Shown here: positions 1 to 9,358 of the stretch, in pieces
Layout of the letters: every line of letters begins with the position of its first letter
How positions within the stretch are numbered: position 1 is the first letter of the stretch
Source: Candidatus Eiseniibacteriota bacterium
GTDB taxonomy: Bacteria > Eisenbacteria > RBG-16-71-46 > JABDJR01
Assembly: GCA_963762255.1 (NCBI GenBank)
Contig: CAVXKA010000002.1
Span: 1,152,001 to 1,216,000 of the forward strand
Direction of reading: 5' to 3'
Length of the DNA: 64,000 nt
Notes under the pieces: model-generated
Told to the model about the DNA's origin: nothing
Databases searched by the model: none
Seen by the model: only the letters and a program-made list of their open reading frames with translations
Made by a program: the position numbers and the translations under genes

Positions 1-130
1 AGGCACTGCGCTCTGCATCTGTAGCCCCGGTAACGGGTGCCGCTGGCTTCCCAGTAGCCAAGTCAATCCCGCAGTCACAAACCGAGGCTTTTGAGAAGTA
101 GAACCTCCCGCATCCTGGACAATTCGGCAT
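1..130 (-). CDS. N-terminus of a zinc-ribbon protein, truncated at the window edge
   Basis: Manual translation from ATG at 130 gives MPNCPGCGRFYFSKASVCDCGIDL... (CxxC...CxC), open to base 1. Confidence 0.5.
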   Translation of the reverse strand, partial: MPNCPGCGRFYFSKASVCDCGIDLATGKPAAPVTGATDAERSA

Positions 131-146
131 CGCTCGTACCCCTTGC

Positions 147-853
147 CTAGATCGTGAAGACCTTGAGTACCTCGTCTCCGTAGTGGGTGATCACCTTGAT
201 GGCGATCTTGCCGGTCTCAGGTGGGTCGAAGGGACGACTCACCCTGCTGTAGAGGGTTGACCACGCGCCTTCGTCGATCTCCGCGCGGAGGGCGCGCTTC
301 AGCTTCTCGTACTGCTCATCGCCACCGGTGAAGTAGGCATGTCGTACGAAGAAGCTCTCGCCGTTGTAGTTCGTGTCGATGAACCAACAGGCCATGTCGT
401 CGGTGGACGAACTGCGGATCTGTCCCGTGGTTGGGTCGTAGACATCTACGCCTCGGACCTCGATCTCGAGCTTCCCGTCCTTGGTCTTCCTGATGTCCAC
501 ATCCGGCTCACCGAAGACCATGAATAGGTTGCCGGCACCGGTTTTCTTGAGCAGTTCGTCGCCCATCGCGAGGTCGGGGTTCATACGTGTCGCCAGGACG
601 GTCAGCTTCCCGTAGCGGGTGGCCTCCTCGGAAACATGAGGGTCGAAGGTGAAGCCGCAGACGACCAGGATGTCGAAGCCGACGCCGAGGACCGCTTCCT
701 TCGCAGCCTCTTTGACGAGCTGGGGGCCAACGGTCCCGTGCTCCGGGCCGATGACCACCGCGACCCGTTTCACCTTCTTGTCGGCGTCCGTGTACTCGCC
801 AGCCCCCTGAATCCACTTCCCCGCGAAGGGTTCCAGCCGGTCAAAGGTCAGTC
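147..853 (-). pseudogene. C-terminal fragment of a Type III-like restriction-modification DNA methyltransferase (Mod)
   Basis: GPEHGTV, MNPDL.M..LLKKTGAGNLFMVFGEPD, VDVYDPTTG, CWFIDTNYNGESFFVRHAYF and KIAIKVI..YGDEVLKVF match the C-terminal region of this Mod family. The catalytic N-terminal part is absent. Confidence 0.8.
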
Positions 854-996
854 TGGGCGATCGGCATGAAGTAAGAGCTGACCCGGCGTGTCTCGTCGAT
901 GTCGCGGGTGATCCCCTCCTGGCCGAAACGCCAGTGCCGAGTCGGCTCGCGGAAGGGCGAGTTCAGGATGGGGTTTTCAATGGTTACGTCGGCCAC
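841..996 (-). pseudogene. N-terminal ~48 aa of a Type III-like restriction endonuclease (Res)
   Basis: GTG at 996 gives MADVTIENPILNSPFREPTRHWRFGQEGITRDIDETRRVSSYFMPIAQ-TDL*. IENPILNSPF.EP.RH is the typical start of this Res family (recalled). Confidence 0.7.
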
Positions 997-1135
997 GGGG
1001 TGGGCTCCCAGTTGCTATGTGATCACGGCCTCAGCGCAGCCGGTTGGGGGAATCCAGCGCAGCTATGGCAGAGCGGCCTCTCATGTCGGGTCGCAGCATA
1101 TCGCACAGAGGCGCGGTGGCCAAGGCGAGAGGTCC

Positions 1136-1408
1136 CTACTTGCCCTCCACGCTCTCGCCACAGTACCGGCACTTGATCGCCTCGGACTTGATCAGCTCGG
1201 CGCAGTAGGGGCACTTCTTCATCTCGCCCGCGTCCACGGCTCGCTGCTCGACCTTCTTCGCCTCTTTCGGCATGACGAGGGCGAGAATCAATCCGAATGG
1301 GCCCAGCAGAAAACCGATCGCGAACCACCCGCAGCCACTGCGTCCCTTGTTCGACCCGATGACTGCACTAATGATCCCGCAGAGAATCCATACACCTACC
1401 CATTCCAT
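1136..1408 (-). CDS. Small membrane protein with C-terminal zinc ribbon
   Basis: Two hydrophobic segments, then KKCPYCAELIKSEAIKCRYCG. Confidence 0.85.
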   Translation of the reverse strand: MEWVGVWILCGIISAVIGSNKGRSGCGWFAIGFLLGPFGLILALVMPKEAKKVEQRAVDAGEMKKCPYCAELIKSEAIKCRYCGESVEGK

Positions 1409-1498
1409 ACTTCGTCCTCATGCGCTTCGAATGCGTCTGGCCTACCCCCCGAACCTCTGCTTCAGCTGGCCCCAGGTGGTGGGGACACCTCGCTAAGC

Positions 1499-3340
1499 CT
1501 ATACTTTCAACACTCGGCGGAGCACGAACGGATCATCCGCCGCCTCACTGCAAAGCCGTCCAATTGCGTCCTCCGTCTCAGCAGAGTCCCGCTCAAGTTG
1601 GGCGATCTTCTCCAGAATCACGTCTCGCTCAGCGCTGATTCCCACCCGTAACCGATTCTGCTCCGCCCTGAGCATCTCAATGCTGGCCACTCGGTGTCGT
1701 CGCACCGAGCTGACAATCCACAGGAGGACGAAGGCCCCGGTAGACAGTAGCCCCACCACCAACAACACCCTGCCAGCGCCATGGAACACCGCTCCCACAA
1801 AGACCTTGTCGGCCTTGCCGCCCAACACAGCGCCTATCGACCTGAGAACGAACATCAATGGCCACACCACACCCATGATCCAGGGGGTCATGAGGCGATC
1901 GGCTGAAGATTCCTCCGCTCGGGCACTCGCCATGCCGATGCCCACATAGGTCGCAATGATCGCGATCCGACCGATGGTGGTGGGAAGCCACTTGAGTCCG
2001 CGGGTCTTCTCATCGATCGCCCCCACCTGCTCCGCCATCGTAGATATGGCCGAGTCGGTGCCAGACATCCGCTTGCTCAGGGCATCAGCCTGCACCCTCT
2101 GCTCGGAGGTTGTCTTGCGAAGCGAGGAGGCGGTCTCCAGGAGTGGGAGAAGCGACTTGTATGTGGCCGTCAAGTGCTGAAGCGCCCAAAGTGTCCGCGT
2201 TCTCACGGAGAATGATGCATCTGGCGGAACAGACATCAGCTCTGCCCCGACCGCGCCCAGCTTGACCAGGCATGTAGCGTGACGTTCGTCGATCTCGCTT
2301 GCCCGAAGCGTTTCCAACTGGGAGACCAGCCGGGTGGCCGCCGCGCCAACTCTCCGAGATGTATCAGTGGACAGCTCCTCCAACATTGCGAACACTCTTT
2401 CTCGAACACCGTTGAGATCTGGGTCTATTCCGGCCCGCACAAATAGTTCGGGTTCTCGCAGAATGCTTCCTCGAATCTGCGAAAGGCCGCTATTAGCATC
2501 CCCAGATAGAATGGCGTACACGCCTGCGGTGAAGACCCAGCCTGGATCGCCAGGGGGATCCGCTGTGATTGCACGGTTGGCATAGTCCCTTGCCTGTGAG
2601 AACTCTCTCTGCTTGTAGAGAACTCGCCCGTACAACCAGAGAGCCCTCGCCCTCGCGGGCGGATCCAGTGCGACTGGAAGTTGCCAAGCGTTCTTGAACC
2701 ACCGTAGAGCATCCCTCAGATTGCCTCTCTCTTTGTCCAATACTCCGAGGTTCATAAGAACTTGGTAGTCTGTTCGATCGGCCTTCAACGCACTTCGCAG
2801 TCGCTCTTCCGCGTCAGCGTATTCGCGAACTGCCAAGAGTCGGGTGCCTTGTTCAACGAGTTGTCGAGCGTCATTGCTGCGACTCTCGGAGAGGACGTGG
2901 AGCACAGCATCGAGTGTCCGTCCCTGCTGGGCCAGGAGCCACTTGATGTCCGTGAGATCTGAGGAGAGAAGTTCACCAAGAGTGAAAAGCGAGTCGGAGA
3001 TCTCCTCGCCGAGCGCGCCCATGCGATCTGCAAGTCTCTCGTGGGCTTGGGATAGTTCCCTGGAGATGGTGTCCGCATGGAGTCGGATCTCATGAGCCAC
3101 CGTGGCGGAGCCATCTTGTACGGCGCCTGAGATTGCATCTGCCTGGGCTTCGAGTAGTGCACACTGCTTACGGCCAAGGCTAACGAGCTCAAGCTCACGA
3201 GCTGCAGGATTGTAGATCTGCTCTCTGAAGAGGTGGTAACCCTCGTCGCTCACGAACAACTTCCTCCGCTCTGTCATCCATCCGATGCTGTGCCTCTCGC
3301 GCAGCATCGTCATATCACAGTGCCCTTGATCGTGAGGCAT
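1499..3340 (-). CDS. TPR-repeat protein with coiled coils and C-terminal transmembrane helices (start may be ATG 3277)
   Basis: 613-aa ORF with TPR-like helices (YQVLMNLGVL...A...FKNA) and about 3 hydrophobic segments near the C-terminus. Confidence 0.75.
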   Translation of the reverse strand: MPHDQGHCDMTMLRERHSIGWMTERRKLFVSDEGYHLFREQIYNPAARELELVSLGRKQCALLEAQADAISGAVQDGSATVAHEIRLHADTISRELSQAHERLADRMGALGEEISDSLFTLGELLSSDLTDIKWLLAQQGRTLDAVLHVLSESRSNDARQLVEQGTRLLAVREYADAEERLRSALKADRTDYQVLMNLGVLDKERGNLRDALRWFKNAWQLPVALDPPARARALWLYGRVLYKQREFSQARDYANRAITADPPGDPGWVFTAGVYAILSGDANSGLSQIRGSILREPELFVRAGIDPDLNGVRERVFAMLEELSTDTSRRVGAAATRLVSQLETLRASEIDERHATCLVKLGAVGAELMSVPPDASFSVRTRTLWALQHLTATYKSLLPLLETASSLRKTTSEQRVQADALSKRMSGTDSAISTMAEQVGAIDEKTRGLKWLPTTIGRIAIIATYVGIGMASARAEESSADRLMTPWIMGVVWPLMFVLRSIGAVLGGKADKVFVGAVFHGAGRVLLVVGLLSTGAFVLLWIVSSVRRHRVASIEMLRAEQNRLRVGISAERDVILEKIAQLERDSAETEDAIGRLCSEAADDPFVLRRVLKV

Positions 3341-3584
3341 TCTAGGCGGAACTCAGGCTTCTTGAACAACAGATCGTCATTAGGTTCAAGGGCACCCGCC
3401 CCGCGATCGACAATGCGTCTCCGTGTCGACAGGCGACATGTGGCAATCCGGGGGGCAGCGGGGTCAGTCCTGGCCGTCCGGGACGCGGCAGGGGCCGCTA
3501 ATGGGCTTTTCAGGGACAGTTTTTGGCCTGATTCTTCGCCTCTGCCGAGGCTCCAGGTGAGGCCGAACACGCCTACGTATTGAA

Positions 3585-4290
3585 ATGACTGTGGGTTACA
3601 GGATTGACCCCTCCGGCGCCTCGGGGTCCGACCCCCAAAACGATGCCCATTACAGGCCCTCTTCGGGGGGGCCATGCCCCAAAATCGCGCCCTCCCAGCG
3701 CAAACTCCTCACCGACCTCGCCGCCAAGCGCGGCTGGGACGCCATCCTTTACGACGAGGGCGGCGTCAGCGCCGAGACCATCGGCTCGCGCCCCGTCATG
3801 AAGCGGCTCCTCGATGATGTCGCCGACGGCCGCATCGACCTCGTTGCCGTCGTTGAGATGGAGCGGCTGTGCCGCGCCTCCGACCTCCGCGACTGGGCCA
3901 CCATCAGCACGACGTTCCGCGAGCCCGACCTTCGCGGCATCCTGTCGAAGCGCGAGAAGCAGAAGCTGCTCGAGCACACCCACCGCGGCCTGGAACAGGC
4001 CCGCGATGCCGGACGGTTCATCGGAGGTCAGCCGATGCTTGGCTACCGCTACGATCACGCCACCCACGGAGGTCCTGAAGGACCGCCACGCCCGCGCGAT
4101 GGAGACTGCCGGAAGCGTGGACGCGACCGCCGTCGAGATCGATCCACGCAAACGGACGCTGACCGTGGTCTGGCGGCTCGGCGGCGAGACACGGTACCGG
4201 GTGCCGCAGCTTCGCGGCGGGCAGGGGCGCAGCGTGGAGGCGTTCATGGTGCGGGTCGCGGCGGCGTCAAGGGAGTTCCGCGTACCGTAG
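3585..4290 (+). pseudogene. Degraded large serine recombinase
   Basis: YDEGGVSA...RPVMKRLLDDVADGRIDLVAVVEMERLCR and G.FIGGQPMLGYRYD are resolvase/recombinase motifs. The catalytic Y-x-R-x-S N-terminus is missing, internal parts are deleted, and the putative C-terminal piece is in another frame. Confidence 0.75.
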
Positions 4291-4352
4291 CGGGAGAGCG
4301 CGTCGACATGCCCATCCCGCAGTACAGAGGAGGGCCGGGAAGGAGCATCGGC

Positions 4353-4449
4353 CGCTAACGTGCGCCATGTGGGGCACGCCGCCCGGCGTGGCCCGTACCC
4401 AGCACGGGACTTGACGCGCGTAGCCGTCCGCTCGACCGCACTATTGGGG
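4353..4449 (-). repeat. Degenerate attC-like site
   Basis: On the minus strand, CCCCAAT-AGTGCG-GTCGAGCGG ... GCCCCACATG-GCGCAC-GTTAGCG lies directly after the stop of 4453..5205. GTGCG/CGCAC pair, with a terminal GTTAG core. Confidence 0.5.
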
Positions 4450-4452
4450 TCG

Positions 4453-5205
4453 TCACTGACCGGGTCCGTCGCCTTCCCAAGTCACGATGGCAGTGTCTCC
4501 GAGAGCTTCGTGCTCGAACGGTTCTCGATCAGGCCACCAGAATCGGAACTCCACGATCACCGCGTATTCGCCAGCTGGCGCATTGCCGATCGGAACGACG
4601 TTCCGCGCACCTTCCCAGCGAAACTCTGAAACTGCCCCGCTGGGTCCGAGCTCATGCATATTCGGTCGACATTCGCAGTATTGCGGCTGGATGACTTCTC
4701 GGCCGAGGGAATCAAAGACATGAAAGTAGGGAGGTACGATGCAACAGTCATCCAGGAAGTCCACGCGCTCGTCTCCTTGCTTTCCCACCATCGCGATCGC
4801 GGTGATTGGGGAACCTCTCCGTCCCGTTGTGACTATCGCGCTCAGACTTAGAAACACTCCAGGGCCGACACAGCGAGTGCAGTCGAAGAAGGACACCCGA
4901 GTCGTGTCGCCGGCCTCAGCCACAACTGAGATATCCACGAAAGGTCGCCCAGGCCCTCCGGTATTGATCCCATACGCCCGAACGATGTAGTCCCCCGCCG
5001 GAACAGCGAACTCCGCCAAGCCATCGACGCCTGTCGTCCGCGTCTCACCCCCCTCCAGCAGCTCCACCTGCTTGCCCGACTCAGCCCCTTCTTCGGTGTG
5101 TACATAAGCCACGATCACTGCGTCGGCATTCGGAGTTTCTGGGTCGGATTCGTGGCACGCCACCAGACTCAGCATCACGAGGATCGCGGGGAGGTACACA
5201 CGCAT
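4453..5205 (-). CDS. Hypothetical lipoprotein with a carboxypeptidase-regulatory-like beta-sandwich
   Basis: Lipobox LVAC; TTGVDGLAEFAVPAGDYIVRA motif. Confidence 0.7.
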   Translation of the reverse strand: MRVYLPAILVMLSLVACHESDPETPNADAVIVAYVHTEEGAESGKQVELLEGGETRTTGVDGLAEFAVPAGDYIVRAYGINTGGPGRPFVDISVVAEAGDTTRVSFFDCTRCVGPGVFLSLSAIVTTGRRGSPITAIAMVGKQGDERVDFLDDCCIVPPYFHVFDSLGREVIQPQYCECRPNMHELGPSGAVSEFRWEGARNVVPIGNAPAGEYAVIVEFRFWWPDREPFEHEALGDTAIVTWEGDGPGQ

Positions 5206-5231
5206 GACCTTTGCTTCCCTCGCTTTCGTTG

Positions 5232-5315
5232 GCCGAATACACCGCCGGTCCGCCCACCCTTCAGGGCCGATTCTACTCCCCAGGAGCGGGCGACGGCGGC
5301 ACCGGGCAGTCAGGC
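5232..5315 (-). repeat. Degenerate attC-like hairpin
   Basis: On the minus strand it begins GCCTGAC (containing the upstream stop codon) and ends ATTCGGC. Arms GCCGCCGTCGCCCGC and GTGGGCGGACCGGCGGT are complementary. Confidence 0.4.
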
Positions 5316-5525
5316 CGCTGCGCCATCCTTACGAGAAGCGAGATACCGTCCGCTCGCCACTCCTGAACCGTAACCCAGGCAGAAAAGGGCGATCTTGGCC
5401 GCACTTGAGACATGCGGCCAGATCACAACGGACAAAACACACGCCAGTACCAGGAACATCAGCGCAACAGGAATCAGGCTACGGCCGGATCGTCTCAAGG
5501 CAATCCCCTTTCGAATGAAGTTCAC
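5310..5525 (-). CDS. Small hypothetical membrane protein
   Basis: 71 aa with two hydrophobic segments. Confidence 0.55.
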   Translation of the reverse strand: MNFIRKGIALRRSGRSLIPVALMFLVLACVLSVVIWPHVSSAAKIALFCLGYGSGVASGRYLASRKDGAAA

Positions 5526-5644
5526 CAGCGGGCTCGCCCGTTCGACCGCACAATCTGGCTAACGTGCTGTCGGTCAGCCGCGCCCGCGACGACCGATTCC
5601 ATCGCCCTATCCTACTCCCCAGGAGCGAGCGGGGGCCGTCATTC

Positions 5645-5929
5645 CTAGAGCCCCAACTCGGGAAGTATCCCCCTTGGCCTGATTGCCGCGTCGTAGATCA
5701 GCTTCATGCCCAGTCCGATGAGGACACCCCCACCGCCTGAAACCAAAATGGCGATGCCGTTACGCAGAAGTGCGGATCGCCACTGGGGATGCTCCTGACT
5801 GCGCATCAGCACCCGATGGTGCCACATGCTCCCGAGCAAGAGTGTCCCCGCCCCGATCGTGATGCAGGCCAGCGTTAGCACGGTCCTCATGGTGAGGTCA
5901 TCCATCCAGGATGTTTCCCGGAGCACCAC
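5645..5929 (-). CDS. Small hypothetical membrane protein
   Basis: 94 aa with two hydrophobic segments. Confidence 0.5.
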   Translation of the reverse strand: MVLRETSWMDDLTMRTVLTLACITIGAGTLLLGSMWHHRVLMRSQEHPQWRSALLRNGIAILVSGGGGVLIGLGMKLIYDAAIRPRGILPELGL

Positions 5930-6195
5930 TACAAGTGAGTCTCGCGAGAGTCAGGGGATCGAATCGATTGGATCGGCAATTCTGGAGCTGCGCTCACCTG
6001 TCTTCTTGCGGAACAGCGTAGTCAACGTAATTCTTCCGTGGGCAACATCTCCAGGAGCTTGCAGACGGTGTGGTGGTTGCGGCGCCACCGTTAACAGGGC
6101 TCAGGGCAGGCTCTATGACTAAAGAGGCTCAAACACCGTGGCAAGTATTCCTCGTTTCACTCAGCACGACACGACAATAGGAGGAATTGGGTTAC

Positions 6196-7128
6196 CTACT
6201 TGTCCTGCTTGTCGTCCATCGAGATCTCGTCGTCGTTGGGCTCAAGGTGGGTGACAACGATGCTTTCAGGCAATACCCTACGGATGTCGCCTTCGAAATC
6301 CTCGGCGATGTGATGCGCGTCGTGGACCGTCCATTCGCCAGGCACGAGCACGTGCACCGTGACGAAGCGCCGCCAGGACGATTGGCGCGTGCGCAAGGCA
6401 TGAAAGGTCACGCCTTTCTGCTTGTACATAGCGACCACCTCGTCGATCAACTTCTTCTCCGCAGGCGGCAGGGAGGCGTCCATGAGGCCCGAAACGGAAC
6501 GGCTGATCAGCCGGTAGGCCGTCCAGGTGATGTTCAGGCCCACGGCGATGGCGATGATCGGGTCGAGCACGATCCATCCTGTCAGTGCAACAACCCCGAT
6601 AGCCGCCACAACCCCAACCGAGGTCCACACGTCGGTCATCAGGTGATTCGCGTCGGCTTCGAGCGTGATCGAGTCATTCTTCTTGCCCACCCGCAACAGG
6701 ATTCGGGCCACCGCCAGATTGATCAGTGAAGCGAACACAGATATGACCAGCCCCATCCCAACCTGCTCCAGTTCCTTGGGGTGGATAAGGCGCTGGATGG
6801 CGGTGAAGATGATTCCGCCTGACGCGACGAGGATGAGGATGCCCTCGACCAAGCTGGAGAAATACTCCGCCTTGCCGTGCCCGTACATGTGACCCTCATC
6901 CTCAGGACGCGCGGCGATGGTCAACATGCCGAGCGCCATGATGGCGGCCACGAGATTGACGCCCGATTCCATGGCATCCGACAGCAAGCCGACCGAACCC
7001 GTCAGCAGGTACGCGCCCGACTTGAGCCCGATTGTCAACACGGCGGCCCAGATGGACAGCCAGGCGAAGCGGGTCAACCAGGCGCGGCTATTCGGGATAT
7101 CGAGGGTGTCTTCCATCTTGTGGGACAT
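6196..7128 (-). CDS. Cation diffusion facilitator (FieF/YiiP-like) transporter
   Basis: SVGLLSDAMES, H.YGHGKAEY, LEADANHLMTDVWTS and a C-terminal HLEP. Start placed at ATG 7128 because the ORF's GTG at 7191 lies inside an attC-like element. Confidence 0.92.
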   Translation of the reverse strand: MSHKMEDTLDIPNSRAWLTRFAWLSIWAAVLTIGLKSGAYLLTGSVGLLSDAMESGVNLVAAIMALGMLTIAARPEDEGHMYGHGKAEYFSSLVEGILILVASGGIIFTAIQRLIHPKELEQVGMGLVISVFASLINLAVARILLRVGKKNDSITLEADANHLMTDVWTSVGVVAAIGVVALTGWIVLDPIIAIAVGLNITWTAYRLISRSVSGLMDASLPPAEKKLIDEVVAMYKQKGVTFHALRTRQSSWRRFVTVHVLVPGEWTVHDAHHIAEDFEGDIRRVLPESIVVTHLEPNDDEISMDDKQDK

Positions 7129-7153
7129 GCGGGCAATGATACCTGTAAGGGAC

Positions 7154-7242
7154 GGGTGACGCCTGGAGCTGAAGTCCTCTCCGGGGGCCACGTCAGCGCC
7201 GGGCGGCCTTCCTGCTCGACCGGCTGCATCGCGAGGCTAGGC
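7154..7242 (-). repeat. Degenerate attC-like site
   Basis: Minus strand reads GCCTAGC-CTCGCG-ATGCAGCCG ... CAGCTCCAGGC-GTCACCC, resembling RYYYAAC...GTTRRRY ends. Confidence 0.35.
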
Positions 7243-7280
7243 GAGATCCAGCCGGCCCCCAAATGCAGCGACTCTTCGCT

Positions 7281-7811
7281 TTACTTGTCCGGTTGAATCC
7301 GAAAGTCATATATATTGCAAGTGTTTCCGTCAATCTTGTACTCACGAAGCTCGATTCTGGTCCCCTTAGTCACCGGAACCAACTGGTGTGCCGAAATCTT
7401 CAACTTGGTACCCTGGTTTACTATTATGAACTTCAGATTAGGGTATTCAGTGAGACGAAAGGCGAGGCCTTCTCGCACTCGTTGGGGCATTTCGGCAATC
7501 GTGCCGGCCATTCTCTCGAGCACTTGAATCCGCTTCTCTGCCTTTGTTACAAACGCGCTCTTCGGACAGATGCTCAAGAAGTTCCGATATCCTTCGGCCG
7601 TGTCATCCTGTTGTGCCCGTTGCCAAGCGCGTTCTTCCACCTTCCGGGTCGCTCCAGCAGCAAACTCGCTTTGCGGATACTTCTGTAGGAAGTCCTGGTA
7701 TGCCTGAACGGTGTTCTCCCGCTGAGCCTCTCGCCAAGCTGACCTAGTGGTCGCGCATCCCGAAAGGGTCAGCCCCATGAGCGCAACGAGAATCATTACT
7801 TGCTTCGCCAT
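7281..7811 (-). CDS. Hypothetical lipoprotein with repeated Y..FL..YP.S.F motif
   Basis: Lipobox LSGC; two repeats (AYQDFLQKYPQSEF, GYRNFLSICPKSAF); GGAGG RBS before ATG 7811. Confidence 0.75.
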   Translation of the reverse strand: MAKQVMILVALMGLTLSGCATTRSAWREAQRENTVQAYQDFLQKYPQSEFAAGATRKVEERAWQRAQQDDTAEGYRNFLSICPKSAFVTKAEKRIQVLERMAGTIAEMPQRVREGLAFRLTEYPNLKFIIVNQGTKLKISAHQLVPVTKGTRIELREYKIDGNTCNIYDFRIQPDK

Positions 7812-8284
7812 GTCGCTGCCTCCTGCTTGGACCATTGCGCATGGTGCCGCCTGACGCAAATTGCACTGCGAGCAACCCGATCACGACGCGGCCTGCCACG
7901 CAGTATTGACCCGTCGATGATGTCGGGGTTCGCGCCATGCCCGTAGGAACGGCTCAGTCGACCTTTTCAATTCCCGGGGCCTAGCCTGCGCATGCTGCGA
8001 GTCAATGCGGACGAAAGCGGTCTTGTTTCAGGGGGGGCAACGCTTGTGCCCACTCGAAGGGCGGTTTTCGACTGGGTAGGAAACATGCGTTGCCCCCCCT
8101 GATTCAAGGGCGACAGGGCGCTCCGTGGTCAGTTTCGGATGGGCACGAACATGCGGCTCCCTGCTCGCTGGTAACCGGCCGCAAACTCTACCCACAGCGC
8201 CGTTGTTGCGCTGAGAGACCGGGCTCGGCGAATCCACAAAAGACCCGAGGTAGCTCATCGTGGTACGAGGGTCATCGTGTCCAT

Positions 8285-8507
8285 CTAACGCGACTTCGCG
8301 TGGTCGACCATTCCCTGGAAGTCCACGATGTCCGCAGGTTCGTCTCCGACCCCCCAAGCCTCGTAGCCTGAGGGAAGAAGGGACACATCACCTGGCCGGC
8401 AGTCAAGCTGACGGTTACCCCCCGATCTTGACCAGTTCCAGTCGTCCCTTAGGAAACTCCCGAATCTCATCTGGCTTGCCAGATCGCTTCAGTTCCGTCT
8501 TGTTCAT
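8285..8507 (-). pseudogene. Cupin-domain gene with internal deletion and frameshift
   Basis: MNKTELKRSGKPDEIREFPKGRLELVKIGG* (stop 8415-8417), then in another frame DCRPGDVSLLPSGYEAWGVGDEPADIVDFQGM. The middle of the cupin is absent. Confidence 0.7.
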
Positions 8508-8531
8508 TGCGTTCCTCCTGAAAGTCAACTG

Positions 8532-8837
8532 CTAGGACCACTTCTTGGCGAGCGCCTCAAGACCCGCCCCTCCAAGTTCCTCCGGACTCATGACGATGTG
8601 GAACTGCACGTCCGCATCAAAGAGAAGAAACCAGGGCTCCGCCAGAGCGGGCACCTTGGATGGACCGTCCACGTTCACGATCAGGATCGCGCCTCGATGG
8701 CCGTCGTACTCCGTAAAGTAAGCGGCTTCGGGCTTGGTCTCCTTCAAAATTTGCTGGATCTTCTGTCCCACCGTTCCATCCTTGACGGCCGCATTGAACT
8801 TGGCGTGTGGGAACTTGGCGTGCATGAGCATTCGCAT
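8532..8837 (-). CDS. Conserved small hypothetical protein
   Basis: KPEAAYFTEYDGHRGAILIV...PALAEPWFLLFDADVQFH family motif; GGGAGG RBS. Confidence 0.85.
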   Translation of the reverse strand: MRMLMHAKFPHAKFNAAVKDGTVGQKIQQILKETKPEAAYFTEYDGHRGAILIVNVDGPSKVPALAEPWFLLFDADVQFHIVMSPEELGGAGLEALAKKWS

Positions 8838-9358
8838 TGTTGACCTCCCTACCTAGTGAATGAGTGAAGCTTGGCTGATGTGAATCGGACCCGGCGCCCT
8901 CGCCCGGTAACCGCGTATACACGACAAAAGATATCATGATTCCAGGCGAGGGGGGCCAGGTTCGTGCCCGCGGGAGGTTGTCCCTACCGTAAACTCCATC
9001 CTCCCCAATCGGAGCCATCCACTGCAGGCATTCTGCTCCACGCGAGAAGTCATCGACCGCTCGGAATGTCCCCCGGCATGGTGGCAACAATGGGGTTCCA
9101 TGCACTCAGATCACGTTGAGGCGCAGGCGGGCGCAGTTGCCCGAGGACACCCCTGCAAAGGGTCGGCTCGAAGACCTCAGGCAGCTCGGCGCTCATAGTG
9201 ATGGTGAAGGTCGTAGACCTGGGGCACCTCAACGATCCGACCTTCACAAACCGCTCGGCGCCGCCAGCGCATCACGGTCTCGGAGCGGACGAGGACAAGG
9301 CTTACTCGCCCCGAGCGTGATAGCCTCTCCTCCAATCCACCCAGGAGGCTAGACTTCG

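Noticed and set aside
8850-9350. Possible IS remnant or island boundary
   Set aside because: No transposase motif, terminal inverted repeats or tRNA could be identified by eye.
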